Shown one piece after another: positions 1 to 9,554 of a stretch of DNA of 64,000 nt; position 1 is the first letter of the stretch; each line of letters begins with the position of its first letter. The stretch is taken from assembly GCA_017934475.1 (NCBI GenBank), contig JAGBJN010000003.1:1839-65838 (forward strand), read 5' to 3'. The position numbers were made by a program, and so were the translations under genes. Source of the stretch: Clostridia bacterium. Its GTDB lineage: Bacteria > Bacillota > Clostridia > TANB77 > CAG-508. A model generated the notes under the pieces. It saw nothing but the letters and a program-made list of their open reading frames with translations. It ran no database searches and had not been told where the DNA came from.

Positions 1-392
1 AAAATACATTTTTAAATAATATATATTATGCATTCTTTAATACAAAAGAATTTGTATTTTCAATTTTTGAAAATTTAAAAATGTTATTAACAGGTGGTGC
101 AAGAATAAATCAATTTGTTGGACCAGTTGGTATTTCACAAGTTGTGGCAAATACTAACGAAGTAAAAGATTTTGTTAATATTTTAGCATTAGTTTCTTTA
201 TCATTAGGAGTTACAAATTTATTACCTATACCAGCATTAGATGGTGGAAAATTTGTATTACTTGTAATTGAAGCTATAAGAAAAAAGAAACTTGATGAAA
301 GAATAGAAATGAGTATGGGATTAATAAGTTTTATACTTTTAATCATATTATCGGTATATGTTACTTATAATGATATTTTAAGAATTTTATAA
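1..392 (+). CDS. rseP: RIP (site-2) metalloprotease RseP/YluC, C-terminal part; 5' end lies outside the window
   Basis: The frame of ORF 81..392 stays open back to base 3. C-terminal motif LLPIPALDGGKFV is typical of the M50 family. It lies upstream of polC, as in other Firmicutes. Confidence 0.8.
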   Translation, partial: NTFLNNIYYAFFNTKEFVFSIFENLKMLLTGGARINQFVGPVGISQVVANTNEVKDFVNILALVSLSLGVTNLLPIPALDGGKFVLLVIEAIRKKKLDERIEMSMGLISFILLIILSVYVTYNDILRIL

Positions 393-402
393 ACTAAGGA
401 GA

Positions 403-3400
403 ATGAAAATGGAAAAGAAAGATGAAGAATTAGATAAGAAAATAAATAAAGTTGTTGAAAAATCACAAAAGGAACTTGAAAAGAAATTAGAACAATATAT
501 TGATGATAATAATAATGATAAAGAGGTAGAAGAACTAAAAGAATTATGCAAAAAGATAATGGATTTATATCAAATAAACAAAAAATCTATTGAGAAATTA
601 GAGAATAAACAAGGTAAAAATGATGCTGAAGAAAAGGAAAGAATACAAGAAACAATAGAAGAAATTGCACAAGATATGTTCCTTAGAAATGAGCAACAAT
701 TTACTGCTTTTAAAGAAGAATTTAAAGAATTACAAGGTAGAGTAAAAGAAAACACACCAAATGGTAGAATTAAAAAGGTATTAAATAAGATTTCAGATAA
801 TAAAGATGAACTAAGTGATAGAATTGAGGAATTAGAGAAGAAAATAAATCAAGTACCTAAGAATAGTTCAAGTAAAAATGATGCTGAAATTATAAAAGAA
901 TTAAGTTCTGTTATAGATAAAAAAATTGCAGAACAATTTAGTGAGGTTCAAAAACTTCAAAAAGTTGTTGAAAAAGAAGTTACTCCAAGAGATGATACAA
1001 GAGAAAAACTTTTAGAACAACAATTAAAGGATTTGGATAGAGCTACTAAAAGTGTACAAGCACAACTAGTTTCTGTTGTTAAAGATATAGAAGAAGCTAA
1101 AAAAGGTGCAAGTACTGTACAAGAAAAATTAGCTATAGAAACCAAAAATACTGAGACAAATCAAAAAGAAGTTAATGATAAAGCTGACAAATTAGAAGCC
1201 AAATATGATAAACAAATAAAGAATTTAATAGAAGAATTTAATCAAACTATATTTGATATAAAGAAGGAAGTAGAAGAAAACAAACAAGCTGAAAAGAAAG
1301 TTTTTGATGCATTCACTGAAAAAAACAAAGAAGAATTAGACAGATTAATTGAACAATTCAATGGTGGAATGGTAAAACTTCATGAAGGAATAGGAGAAAA
1401 ACAAAATTTAATTGATAATAAAACAGCTGAGTTTGAACAAAAAGAAAAAACAAGATTAAAAACTCTTCAAGAAGAAACTGAAAAAAATATAGAAAAAATA
1501 AATGAATTATTTGCAGAAAAAGAACAAGCTATTGATGAAAAATTAGAAAAAATAAACGAAAAATTTGAACAAGATGTTAAATCTTTATCATTTGAATTTG
1601 TTAGAGAAGAGATACTTGAAGAAAAACTTGAAGAATTTGAAAAAGGACAAGATGAAAAAACAGATAATCTTCAGAAAGCAACAGAAAAGGTTGTAAAAGA
1701 ATTAAAAGAAATGGTTGAAAAAAGAGTTGAAGATGTAGAAAAAAATTCTGAAACTCAAACAAACGAAGTAAAAGATTCTGTTACAGCTAAATTTGTAGAA
1801 ATAGAAGAAAATAATTCAAAAGTAGTAGCAACTTTAAAAGAGGAAGTAGAAAATAAAATAAATGAAGTAGAAAAAAATACTTCAGATGTAACTAATACAT
1901 TAAAAGAGGAAGTAGAAAGCAAAATAAGTAAAGTAGAAAAAGATTCTCTAGATGCAACTAATACGTTAAAGGAAGAAATTAATACAAGAATAAGTGAAGT
2001 AGGTCAAAATGCTGCTGAAATAGTAAATGACTTAAAACAAGAAGTTAATGAAAAAGTAAGTGAACTAACAAAAAATACAGAATTTACTAGTAAAGAATTA
2101 ACTGATAGAGTTGATAAAATAGAAAAAGAATTAACAGAAAGTGTACAATTAAGATTAGTAGAATTTGAGAAGAAATCAAATGAAGATTCAGATAATTTGA
2201 AAAAACAAATAGAAGAAATTGCAGAAAGCACGAAAAACAATACTCAGCAAAGTATTCAAAAGAGCGAAGAAAGTATATCAAATTTAAATGCTGAAATCGA
2301 AGAAATAAAGAAAAATAATGAAGAAAGTAGTAATAATATAAATCTTGCTATAGAAGAAATGAAAAAAACGAATGAGGCAAATAGAAAGCAAGATGAAACA
2401 GAATTAAATAAAAAGCTAGTTATCATACAGAAACAAATGAACAAAAATGTTGTAGATATGAATAAATTAGTAAAAACGATGCAAGAACAAATTGCAAGAA
2501 AATTTATGCAAAACGAACAAAAAAATATAAAGAAACAAGAAGCAGAAGATTTAAATAAACAAAAATTAATTGATTCTGATAAGCAATTAGAGGAGACAAT
2601 TAATGCTATCCAAGAAAAATTTGTAGCATTTGAAGAGGGAGATAAAAAATCTCAAACCTTAATACAAAGTCTTCAAATGCAAAATGCAGAATTATTAATT
2701 TCTAATAAAAACATTCAAACTGAACTTACTAAATTAAAAGAAGTAAATGAAAAAGCTAAACAAGAAGATATAAATAATAAAAATGAAATTAAGGGATTAC
2801 ATGCAAAAAATAAAGATTTTGAAGCAGCAAGTGTAAAGGCACAAACTGAAATTCAAGAAATGAAAGCAAAAAATACAGAACTTTCAAAAATGTTAGAAGA
2901 AAGTTTAAATACTATAAATGAATTACAAACAAAAAATACAGAATTATCAAAAGCAAATATAAAAGCTCAGAATGGAATAGATATATTAAAAGCAAAAAAT
3001 GTTGAATTTGTTGGTATAATAAAAGATACAAGAAATGCAATAAAAGCAATGCAAACAGAAAACGAAAAATATTCAGGTGAAAAAGCTAAAACTCAAGAAA
3101 GTATAAAAAATGCTTTATTACAAAATGAAGAAATAATTCAAGATAATGAAGAACTAAGAGGAATAATTAAAAATATAGAAGCACAAAATGCTAAATTTAT
3201 AGAAGACAATAAAAAGTCACAAGCTTCAATAGAAGATATTCAAGATCAAAATGATGAAATATTAGAAGATAACAAAGAAGCGATTAAAGCTGTAAAGAGC
3301 ATTCAAATGCAAAATGATAAATTAGTTGAAGCTAATAAAAAATTATTAGAAACTGTAAAAGAATTACAAGCAAAGAATGTAGAATTAGAAAAAGCAAATA

Positions 3401-3780
3401 AGAAAACTCAAGTTATAATTTCTGATTTAGAAGGTCAAAATAGTATGTTTGCTGTTGAAAGCAAAGATAATCAAAAGGCTATAAAAACTTTACAAGCACA
3501 AGCTGAAAAACTTATTGAAACAAATAAAGATTCACAAGTTACAATAAAACATTTACAAGTTCAAAATGAAAGATTAAAAGAAAAAATATCTAAAGTTGAA
3601 GAAAATACAAAATTCTCTGGTACAGATTTTGAAGAACAAGTATATAAACTTATAGATAAAAGATTAAGAGCAATTCAAAAAGCTAGAAAAGAAGCAAAAT
3701 TAGGAGGAAAAGTAGAGAATACCCCTGCTACTAAAACACAAAAGAAGAAACCATCAGGATTTTTTGAATCAGACGATTAA
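403..3780 (+). CDS. 1125-aa K/E/N/Q-rich coiled-coil protein, function unknown
   Basis: Long uninterrupted ORF with RBS GGAG upstream. Heptad-like composition with two families of ~22-aa repeats. No TM segment seen. Confidence 0.75.
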   Translation: MKMEKKDEELDKKINKVVEKSQKELEKKLEQYIDDNNNDKEVEELKELCKKIMDLYQINKKSIEKLENKQGKNDAEEKERIQETIEEIAQDMFLRNEQQFTAFKEEFKELQGRVKENTPNGRIKKVLNKISDNKDELSDRIEELEKKINQVPKNSSSKNDAEIIKELSSVIDKKIAEQFSEVQKLQKVVEKEVTPRDDTREKLLEQQLKDLDRATKSVQAQLVSVVKDIEEAKKGASTVQEKLAIETKNTETNQKEVNDKADKLEAKYDKQIKNLIEEFNQTIFDIKKEVEENKQAEKKVFDAFTEKNKEELDRLIEQFNGGMVKLHEGIGEKQNLIDNKTAEFEQKEKTRLKTLQEETEKNIEKINELFAEKEQAIDEKLEKINEKFEQDVKSLSFEFVREEILEEKLEEFEKGQDEKTDNLQKATEKVVKELKEMVEKRVEDVEKNSETQTNEVKDSVTAKFVEIEENNSKVVATLKEEVENKINEVEKNTSDVTNTLKEEVESKISKVEKDSLDATNTLKEEINTRISEVGQNAAEIVNDLKQEVNEKVSELTKNTEFTSKELTDRVDKIEKELTESVQLRLVEFEKKSNEDSDNLKKQIEEIAESTKNNTQQSIQKSEESISNLNAEIEEIKKNNEESSNNINLAIEEMKKTNEANRKQDETELNKKLVIIQKQMNKNVVDMNKLVKTMQEQIARKFMQNEQKNIKKQEAEDLNKQKLIDSDKQLEETINAIQEKFVAFEEGDKKSQTLIQSLQMQNAELLISNKNIQTELTKLKEVNEKAKQEDINNKNEIKGLHAKNKDFEAASVKAQTEIQEMKAKNTELSKMLEESLNTINELQTKNTELSKANIKAQNGIDILKAKNVEFVGIIKDTRNAIKAMQTENEKYSGEKAKTQESIKNALLQNEEIIQDNEELRGIIKNIEAQNAKFIEDNKKSQASIEDIQDQNDEILEDNKEAIKAVKSIQMQNDKLVEANKKLLETVKELQAKNVELEKANKKTQVIISDLEGQNSMFAVESKDNQKAIKTLQAQAEKLIETNKDSQVTIKHLQVQNERLKEKISKVEENTKFSGTDFEEQVYKLIDKRLRAIQKARKEAKLGGKVENTPATKTQKKKPSGFFESDD

Positions 3781-3819
3781 TAATATAAAAAATACTAAAG
3801 CATATTAGGGGGCTAAATA

Positions 3820-6800
3820 ATGAGTGAAGCAGATGCAAATATAAAAACACTAAAAGATATATTTAAAGATTTTAATTCAAGTTCAGAAATGCTTATGGAT
3901 GCAATAATCAAAAATATGAACTTATTTAAGAAAACAAATATATTAGAAATTGAATTAGTAGCAAAGGAAAATATAGATATTAAATCTATATTTTCTTTTG
4001 AGCAATATTTAGAAAAAAGGTTTCAAATCAAGGAAGTTAGAATAAAAGTAAATACAGATAAAATTGAAGATGTAGATGATTTAATAAAAAGTGATTGGGA
4101 AAATATAAAGGAATATTTAGCAATAAGACATCCTCTTACAAAAGCTATACTAAGTGAAAGTACAATTAATATAGAAAATAATAAAATTGATATAAATCTA
4201 AAGATGAAGGGAAAAGATTTCTTTACAGCAAAAAATTTGGATGAGGTAATGTCAAATATTTTGTTTAATATATATGGAAAAAAATATAAAATAAATATAA
4301 TAGAAAATATTTCTGAAGAGACAACAAAAAAAATAAAGGAAAATATAGCAAATAGAGAAAAAGCAATCATAGAAGAAATGAAGAAAAATGCTGAACAAGA
4401 AATAAAAGAAAAACATGAAGAGGAAATGAAGGCACAGGAAGATGCTATGCTTAAATCTTTAGAAGAACAAATAAATAGAGAAGAGTTTGCTACAGAAGAA
4501 GATTATATGGAAGAATTAGTTAGGCTTGAGGAAGAAATGGAAGCAAATAAACTTATTCTTGGAACAGCTTCAAAAGTAAAGGAAAATAAAATAAAAATTT
4601 CAGAAATATCTGCAGGAAATGCTAAAATAACAATAGAAGGAAGAGTAGTAAGTGTAAATATTTTAGAGACAAAAACTGGCAAAGGAATGATAACCTTTGA
4701 ACTATATGATGGAAGCGGAATGATGATGTGTAAGGCGTTTACAAAAAATATAGAAGAAGGAAATCAAGTAGTTGAAAAAATAAAAAATGAAACAGGGATT
4801 AAAGCTATTGGTAGAGCAGGACTTAATAATTATTCAAATGATGTTGAACTTATGGCTGATAAAATAATAGGAGTAGATGGAGAGAATTTTCCAAAACTTC
4901 CTACAGAAGATGAAAATTCTCCACTTATATATGGACTAAAACCAGAAATAAAATTCCCTATGATAAAGGTTGAGGATATTGGAGTTGAATCTGGAAATGT
5001 TTGTATAGATGGTGAAGTAATATCAATAGAAGATAAAGAACTAAAAGGTGGAAAAGTACTTGCAAGTGTTGCTGTATATGATGGAACAAGCACAATTTCA
5101 TGTAAAATTTTCTTAACAAAAGATAATTCAAAAGCAGTACTTGGAAAAATAAAAGATTCAAAAGGAATAAAGGTTGCAGGAAAAGCAGAAATGGACAAGT
5201 TTGCAAATGAAATAACAATGACTGCAAATACGATTTTAAAATCTGATGGAATAAAGAAAGAAGTTAGAGAAGATAATGCAGAAGTAAAAAGAGTAGAACT
5301 TAGTATTCATACTCAAATGTCTATGATGGATGGTATTCCTGAAACAACAGCATATATAAAAAGAGCACAAAAATGGGGAATGCCTGCAATGGCGATTACA
5401 GATGGAGGAAGTGTACAAGCTTTTTCAGATGCTCATAAAATGCTTGGATTTGATTTAAAAGATCAAATAAAAATATTATATGGAATGGAAGGTTATTTAG
5501 TTGCAGATAATGAAGGATCTGTATTTGGAAACAAAGATAGAAATATAGATGATACAGTATTTTGTGTTCTTGACTTAGAAACAACAGGAAGATCATATAG
5601 AGCTGGAAAGATTACTGAAATTGGTATTATGAAAGTAAAGAATGGGGAAGTAATAGAAGAATTTGATGAACTTGTTGACCCTGAAATGCCTATACCAGAA
5701 GAAGTAATTGAAATTACTCACATTACAAATGAAATGGTACATGGAAAACCAACTATAGATGTAATAATGCCAAAAGCCCTTGAATTTATTGGAGATAGTG
5801 TTGTAGTAACTCACAATACTGACTTTGATATTGGTTGGATGAGATATAACTGTAATAACTTAGGTTTAGAATTTAACAATACATATTTAGATACTTTAAG
5901 ATTATCTAAAAAAGTATATCCTAATTTTACAAAATACAAATTAGGTATAATTGCAGATAAACTAGGAATAGAAGTAGATGTTGCCCATAGAGCTTTAGCT
6001 GATGTTGATACAACAGTTAAAGTATTAAATAAAATGCTAGAAGAAATAAAAGAAAAGGGAGCAGTAACATTAGAGGATATTGATAAAGTCTTTGAAGGAC
6101 AAGTAAACTGGAAAACAGCGTATCCACCACATTGTACTATATTTGCAACAAACTATGTAGGACTTAGAAATTTGTATAAACTTGTATCAATATCACATTT
6201 ATATTATATGTATGCTGGACTTCCACATATATTAAAATCTATATTAATAGAGAATAGAGAAGGATTAATTATTGGCTCTGGAAATGGTGAAGGAGAATTA
6301 TATCAAGCAATAGTACAGGGAAAAGATGATGAAGAGTTAGAAGAAATTGCAAAATTCTATGATTATTTAGAAATTCAACCAATAGGAAACAACTTTAATT
6401 TAATTAGACATGGAACAATACCAGATGAAAATGGATTAATAGAGATAAATAAAAAGATTGTTGAAATAGGAGAAAGACTTGAGATACCTGTATGTGCAAC
6501 TTCAGATGTTCACTTTATGGATCCAAAAGATGAAATATATAGAAGAATATTAAGGGGAAGTTTATTAAAGAAAGATAGAGATGCAGATTATCAACCACCT
6601 TTATACTTTAGGACAACAGAAGAAATGCTTAAAGAATTCCAATACTTAGGTTATGATAAGGCATATGAAGTTGTTGTAACAAATACAAATAAGATAGCAG
6701 ATATGTGTGATAAAATAAGCCCAATTTCACCAGAAAAATGTCCTCCACATATTGAAGGATGTGAGCAAACAATAAAAGATATTGCATATAGTAAGGCACA

Positions 6801-8625
6801 TGAATTATATGGTGAAAAATTACCACAGATAGTTGAAGAAAGACTTGAAAAGGAGCTTACATCAATTATAAACAACGGATTCTCTGTAATGTATATCATA
6901 GCTCAAAAACTAGTTTGGAAATCTAATGAAGATGGATATATAGTTGGATCAAGAGGTTCTGTTGGTTCATCATTTGTTGCAAACATGACAGGTATAACAG
7001 AAGTAAATTCACTACCACCACATTACAGATGCCCAAAATGTAAATATTCAGATTTCACAGATTATGGATATCAATGTGGATTTGATTTACCAGATAAGTC
7101 TTGTCCTGAGTGCGGGACTAATATGGTAAAAGACGGAATAGATATACCATTTGAAACATTCTTAGGTTTCAATGGAGACAAAGAGCCTGATATAGACTTA
7201 AACTTCTCTGGAGAATATCAAGCAAAAGCACATAGATATACAGAAGTAATATTTGGAAAAGGAACAACATTTAAAGCAGGAACTGTTGGTACAGTTGCTG
7301 ATAAAACAGCATATGGGTATGTGAAGAAGTATCATGAGGAACATGGAATTATAATATCTAACCCAGAAGTTGCAAGAATTTCAGCAGGATGTGTTGGGGT
7401 AAAGAGAACAACTGGACAACATCCAGGTGGAATTATAGTTGTACCAAAAGGTAGAGAAATATATGAATTTACACCTGTACAACATCCAGCAGATGATCCT
7501 GAATCAGATATTATAACAACTCACTTTGATTATCACTCTATTGATCAAAACTTATTAAAACTTGATATATTAGGACATGATGATCCAACAATGATTCGTA
7601 TGTTATTTGATTTAACAGGTATAGACCCAACTAAAGTACCACTTGATGATAAAGAAACAATGAGTATATTTAGTTCAACAGATGCTCTTGGGGTAACACC
7701 TGAACAAATAAATAGTAAAGTTGGAAGTTATGGAATACCTGAATTTGGAACTAAATTTGTTAGAGGAATGCTAGTAGATACTAAGCCTACTACATTTGAT
7801 GAACTTATTCGTATATCAGGTCTTTCACATGGTACTGACGTATGGCTTGGAAATGCTCAAAGCTTAATAGAAGAAGGAACAGTTACCTTAAATGAGGCAA
7901 TATGTTGTCGTGATGATATTATGATTTATCTTATAAAGAAAGGTGTACCACCTAACCCAGCATTTAAAATTATGGAAGTAGTACGTAAAGGAAAAGCTTT
8001 AAAAGATAAAGAAAAATGGGAAGGCTATAAAACAATGATGAGAGAAAATAATGTACCAGAATGGTATATTAAATCTTGTGAGAAAATAAAATACATGTTC
8101 CCAAAGGCACATGCTGCAGCATATGTTACTAACGCATTTAGAATTGCATGGTTTAAAGTACATGAGCCTAAGGCATATTACACAGCATATTTTACAATTA
8201 GAGCTGATGAATTTGATAGTGAAATAATGTGTTATGGAAAAGAAAAAGTAAAAAGCAAAATGAAAGAAATAGATATGGCAGGAAATGATGCAACGACAAA
8301 AGATAAGAACATGTATGCTATACTTGAACTTGTTCTTGAAATGTATGAAAGAGGAATCAAATTTTTACCAATAGATTTATATAAATCACATGCAACAAAA
8401 TTCCAAATAGAAGAAGACGGAATTAGACCACCATTAAATAGTGCACCAGGGCTTGGAACAGTCGCAGCAGAAGGAATAGAAGAAGCAAAAAAAGACGGGA
8501 AATTTATGTCTATAGAAGATTTAAAAATCCGTGCTAAAATAGGAAACTCTGTTATTGATTTATTACAAAAAATGGGATGTTTAGATGGAATGAGTCAAAG
8601 TAATCAAATGAGTTTATTTGGATAA
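3820..8625 (+). CDS. polC: DNA polymerase III PolC-type (Gram-positive replicative polymerase), unusually long at 1601 aa
   Basis: PHP, DEDD exonuclease (VLDLETTG, HNTDFD, HRALAD), zinc-finger (CPKC..CPEC) and polymerase core motifs (GSVGSSF, HPGGIIVVP) are all recognisable. Confidence 0.97.
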   Translation: MSEADANIKTLKDIFKDFNSSSEMLMDAIIKNMNLFKKTNILEIELVAKENIDIKSIFSFEQYLEKRFQIKEVRIKVNTDKIEDVDDLIKSDWENIKEYLAIRHPLTKAILSESTINIENNKIDINLKMKGKDFFTAKNLDEVMSNILFNIYGKKYKINIIENISEETTKKIKENIANREKAIIEEMKKNAEQEIKEKHEEEMKAQEDAMLKSLEEQINREEFATEEDYMEELVRLEEEMEANKLILGTASKVKENKIKISEISAGNAKITIEGRVVSVNILETKTGKGMITFELYDGSGMMMCKAFTKNIEEGNQVVEKIKNETGIKAIGRAGLNNYSNDVELMADKIIGVDGENFPKLPTEDENSPLIYGLKPEIKFPMIKVEDIGVESGNVCIDGEVISIEDKELKGGKVLASVAVYDGTSTISCKIFLTKDNSKAVLGKIKDSKGIKVAGKAEMDKFANEITMTANTILKSDGIKKEVREDNAEVKRVELSIHTQMSMMDGIPETTAYIKRAQKWGMPAMAITDGGSVQAFSDAHKMLGFDLKDQIKILYGMEGYLVADNEGSVFGNKDRNIDDTVFCVLDLETTGRSYRAGKITEIGIMKVKNGEVIEEFDELVDPEMPIPEEVIEITHITNEMVHGKPTIDVIMPKALEFIGDSVVVTHNTDFDIGWMRYNCNNLGLEFNNTYLDTLRLSKKVYPNFTKYKLGIIADKLGIEVDVAHRALADVDTTVKVLNKMLEEIKEKGAVTLEDIDKVFEGQVNWKTAYPPHCTIFATNYVGLRNLYKLVSISHLYYMYAGLPHILKSILIENREGLIIGSGNGEGELYQAIVQGKDDEELEEIAKFYDYLEIQPIGNNFNLIRHGTIPDENGLIEINKKIVEIGERLEIPVCATSDVHFMDPKDEIYRRILRGSLLKKDRDADYQPPLYFRTTEEMLKEFQYLGYDKAYEVVVTNTNKIADMCDKISPISPEKCPPHIEGCEQTIKDIAYSKAHELYGEKLPQIVEERLEKELTSIINNGFSVMYIIAQKLVWKSNEDGYIVGSRGSVGSSFVANMTGITEVNSLPPHYRCPKCKYSDFTDYGYQCGFDLPDKSCPECGTNMVKDGIDIPFETFLGFNGDKEPDIDLNFSGEYQAKAHRYTEVIFGKGTTFKAGTVGTVADKTAYGYVKKYHEEHGIIISNPEVARISAGCVGVKRTTGQHPGGIIVVPKGREIYEFTPVQHPADDPESDIITTHFDYHSIDQNLLKLDILGHDDPTMIRMLFDLTGIDPTKVPLDDKETMSIFSSTDALGVTPEQINSKVGSYGIPEFGTKFVRGMLVDTKPTTFDELIRISGLSHGTDVWLGNAQSLIEEGTVTLNEAICCRDDIMIYLIKKGVPPNPAFKIMEVVRKGKALKDKEKWEGYKTMMRENNVPEWYIKSCEKIKYMFPKAHAAAYVTNAFRIAWFKVHEPKAYYTAYFTIRADEFDSEIMCYGKEKVKSKMKEIDMAGNDATTKDKNMYAILELVLEMYERGIKFLPIDLYKSHATKFQIEEDGIRPPLNSAPGLGTVAAEGIEEAKKDGKFMSIEDLKIRAKIGNSVIDLLQKMGCLDGMSQSNQMSLFG

Positions 8626-8630
8626 AAAAA

Positions 8631-8661
8631 AATATGGGAGACTATCTATCGTCTCCCATAT
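8631..8661. terminator. Bidirectional hairpin between polC and the convergent gene
   Basis: 11-bp perfect stem ATATGGGAGAC / GTCTCCCATAT, with an A-run before it and T-rich sequence after it. It overlaps the last codons of the minus-strand gene. Confidence 0.6.
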
Positions 8662-9367
8662 CTATTTCTATATCTATATCCATGTCGGCAAATTCTTGAT
8701 TTATTTCTTGGAAAGAACTATTTGAAGATTTACCAACAGTAGTTTTACCTTTTAAATCATCACCAGAAATCTTTTTTAGAGGTTCAGCGTGTTTTAAAAA
8801 ATAAAATCCTTCTTTATTATAAACTGTATTTGTATCAGGAAAAACAACGAATTCCTGATTTTTATTATTTTTAAATTCAACCCATGTATTGATACTTTTT
8901 GCTTTATCAGCAATGCCATATGTGAATCCCGTAACTATATTGTTTGGAAAACTAAGCATTTGAGAAATATATTCTGAACGGTAATCACTTCTATTTACAA
9001 TATTGTCTTTAACGTCATCAGGAGTTATAGAATTAATTCCTGGTATTATATTTGATAATTTTGATATCATTATAGGATTTTCAGTAGAAGATGTTTTTAT
9101 AGAAATAGTGTCATTTTTTTCTTTAACATCATCAACTATCCTGCAAGTTTTAAGACTATTTATAACTTTTTCTTTTTTCTCATTAGAAATATTAGAACTA
9201 TTAAGTTCTTTAATAGAATTATCAATATAATATTCATCAAAATAAACATTTTTTGCTTCTTTTAATAATTCATATACTTTTTTCTTATCACCAGATTTTG
9301 TTGCGTCACGAAAAGATTGATTCCAAATTTTATCTTCTAATGAAAAATGTTTATATACATCAGACAT
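8642..9367 (-). CDS. Hypothetical 241-aa protein with acidic tail (DMDIDIEIDMGDDR)
   Basis: Clean ORF convergent with polC. No recognisable motif. Confidence 0.65.
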   Translation of the reverse strand: MSDVYKHFSLEDKIWNQSFRDATKSGDKKKVYELLKEAKNVYFDEYYIDNSIKELNSSNISNEKKEKVINSLKTCRIVDDVKEKNDTISIKTSSTENPIMISKLSNIIPGINSITPDDVKDNIVNRSDYRSEYISQMLSFPNNIVTGFTYGIADKAKSINTWVEFKNNKNQEFVVFPDTNTVYNKEGFYFLKHAEPLKKISGDDLKGKTTVGKSSNSSFQEINQEFADMDIDIEIDMGDDR

Positions 9368-9450
9368 CTATTTCTCACCTTCTTTCAATAAATATCATCA
9401 CAGATTAATTATACCATAAAATAGCAAAAAACGCAAATTTTATGTAAAGG

Positions 9451-9479
9451 TGGACTTTTACTAAATGTTATGGTATTAT
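9451..9479 (+). promoter_or_regulatory. Candidate sigma-A promoter for the repeat-protein gene
   Basis: TGGACT, 17 nt, TATTAT, with an extended -10 TG (TGGTATTAT). Confidence 0.4.
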
Positions 9480-9554
9480 ATTATTGATTTTTTGAGAGAT
9501 TTCATAACAATTTACACAAAAGAGCGAGAATAAAAAAGGATAAGGTAAATTTTT

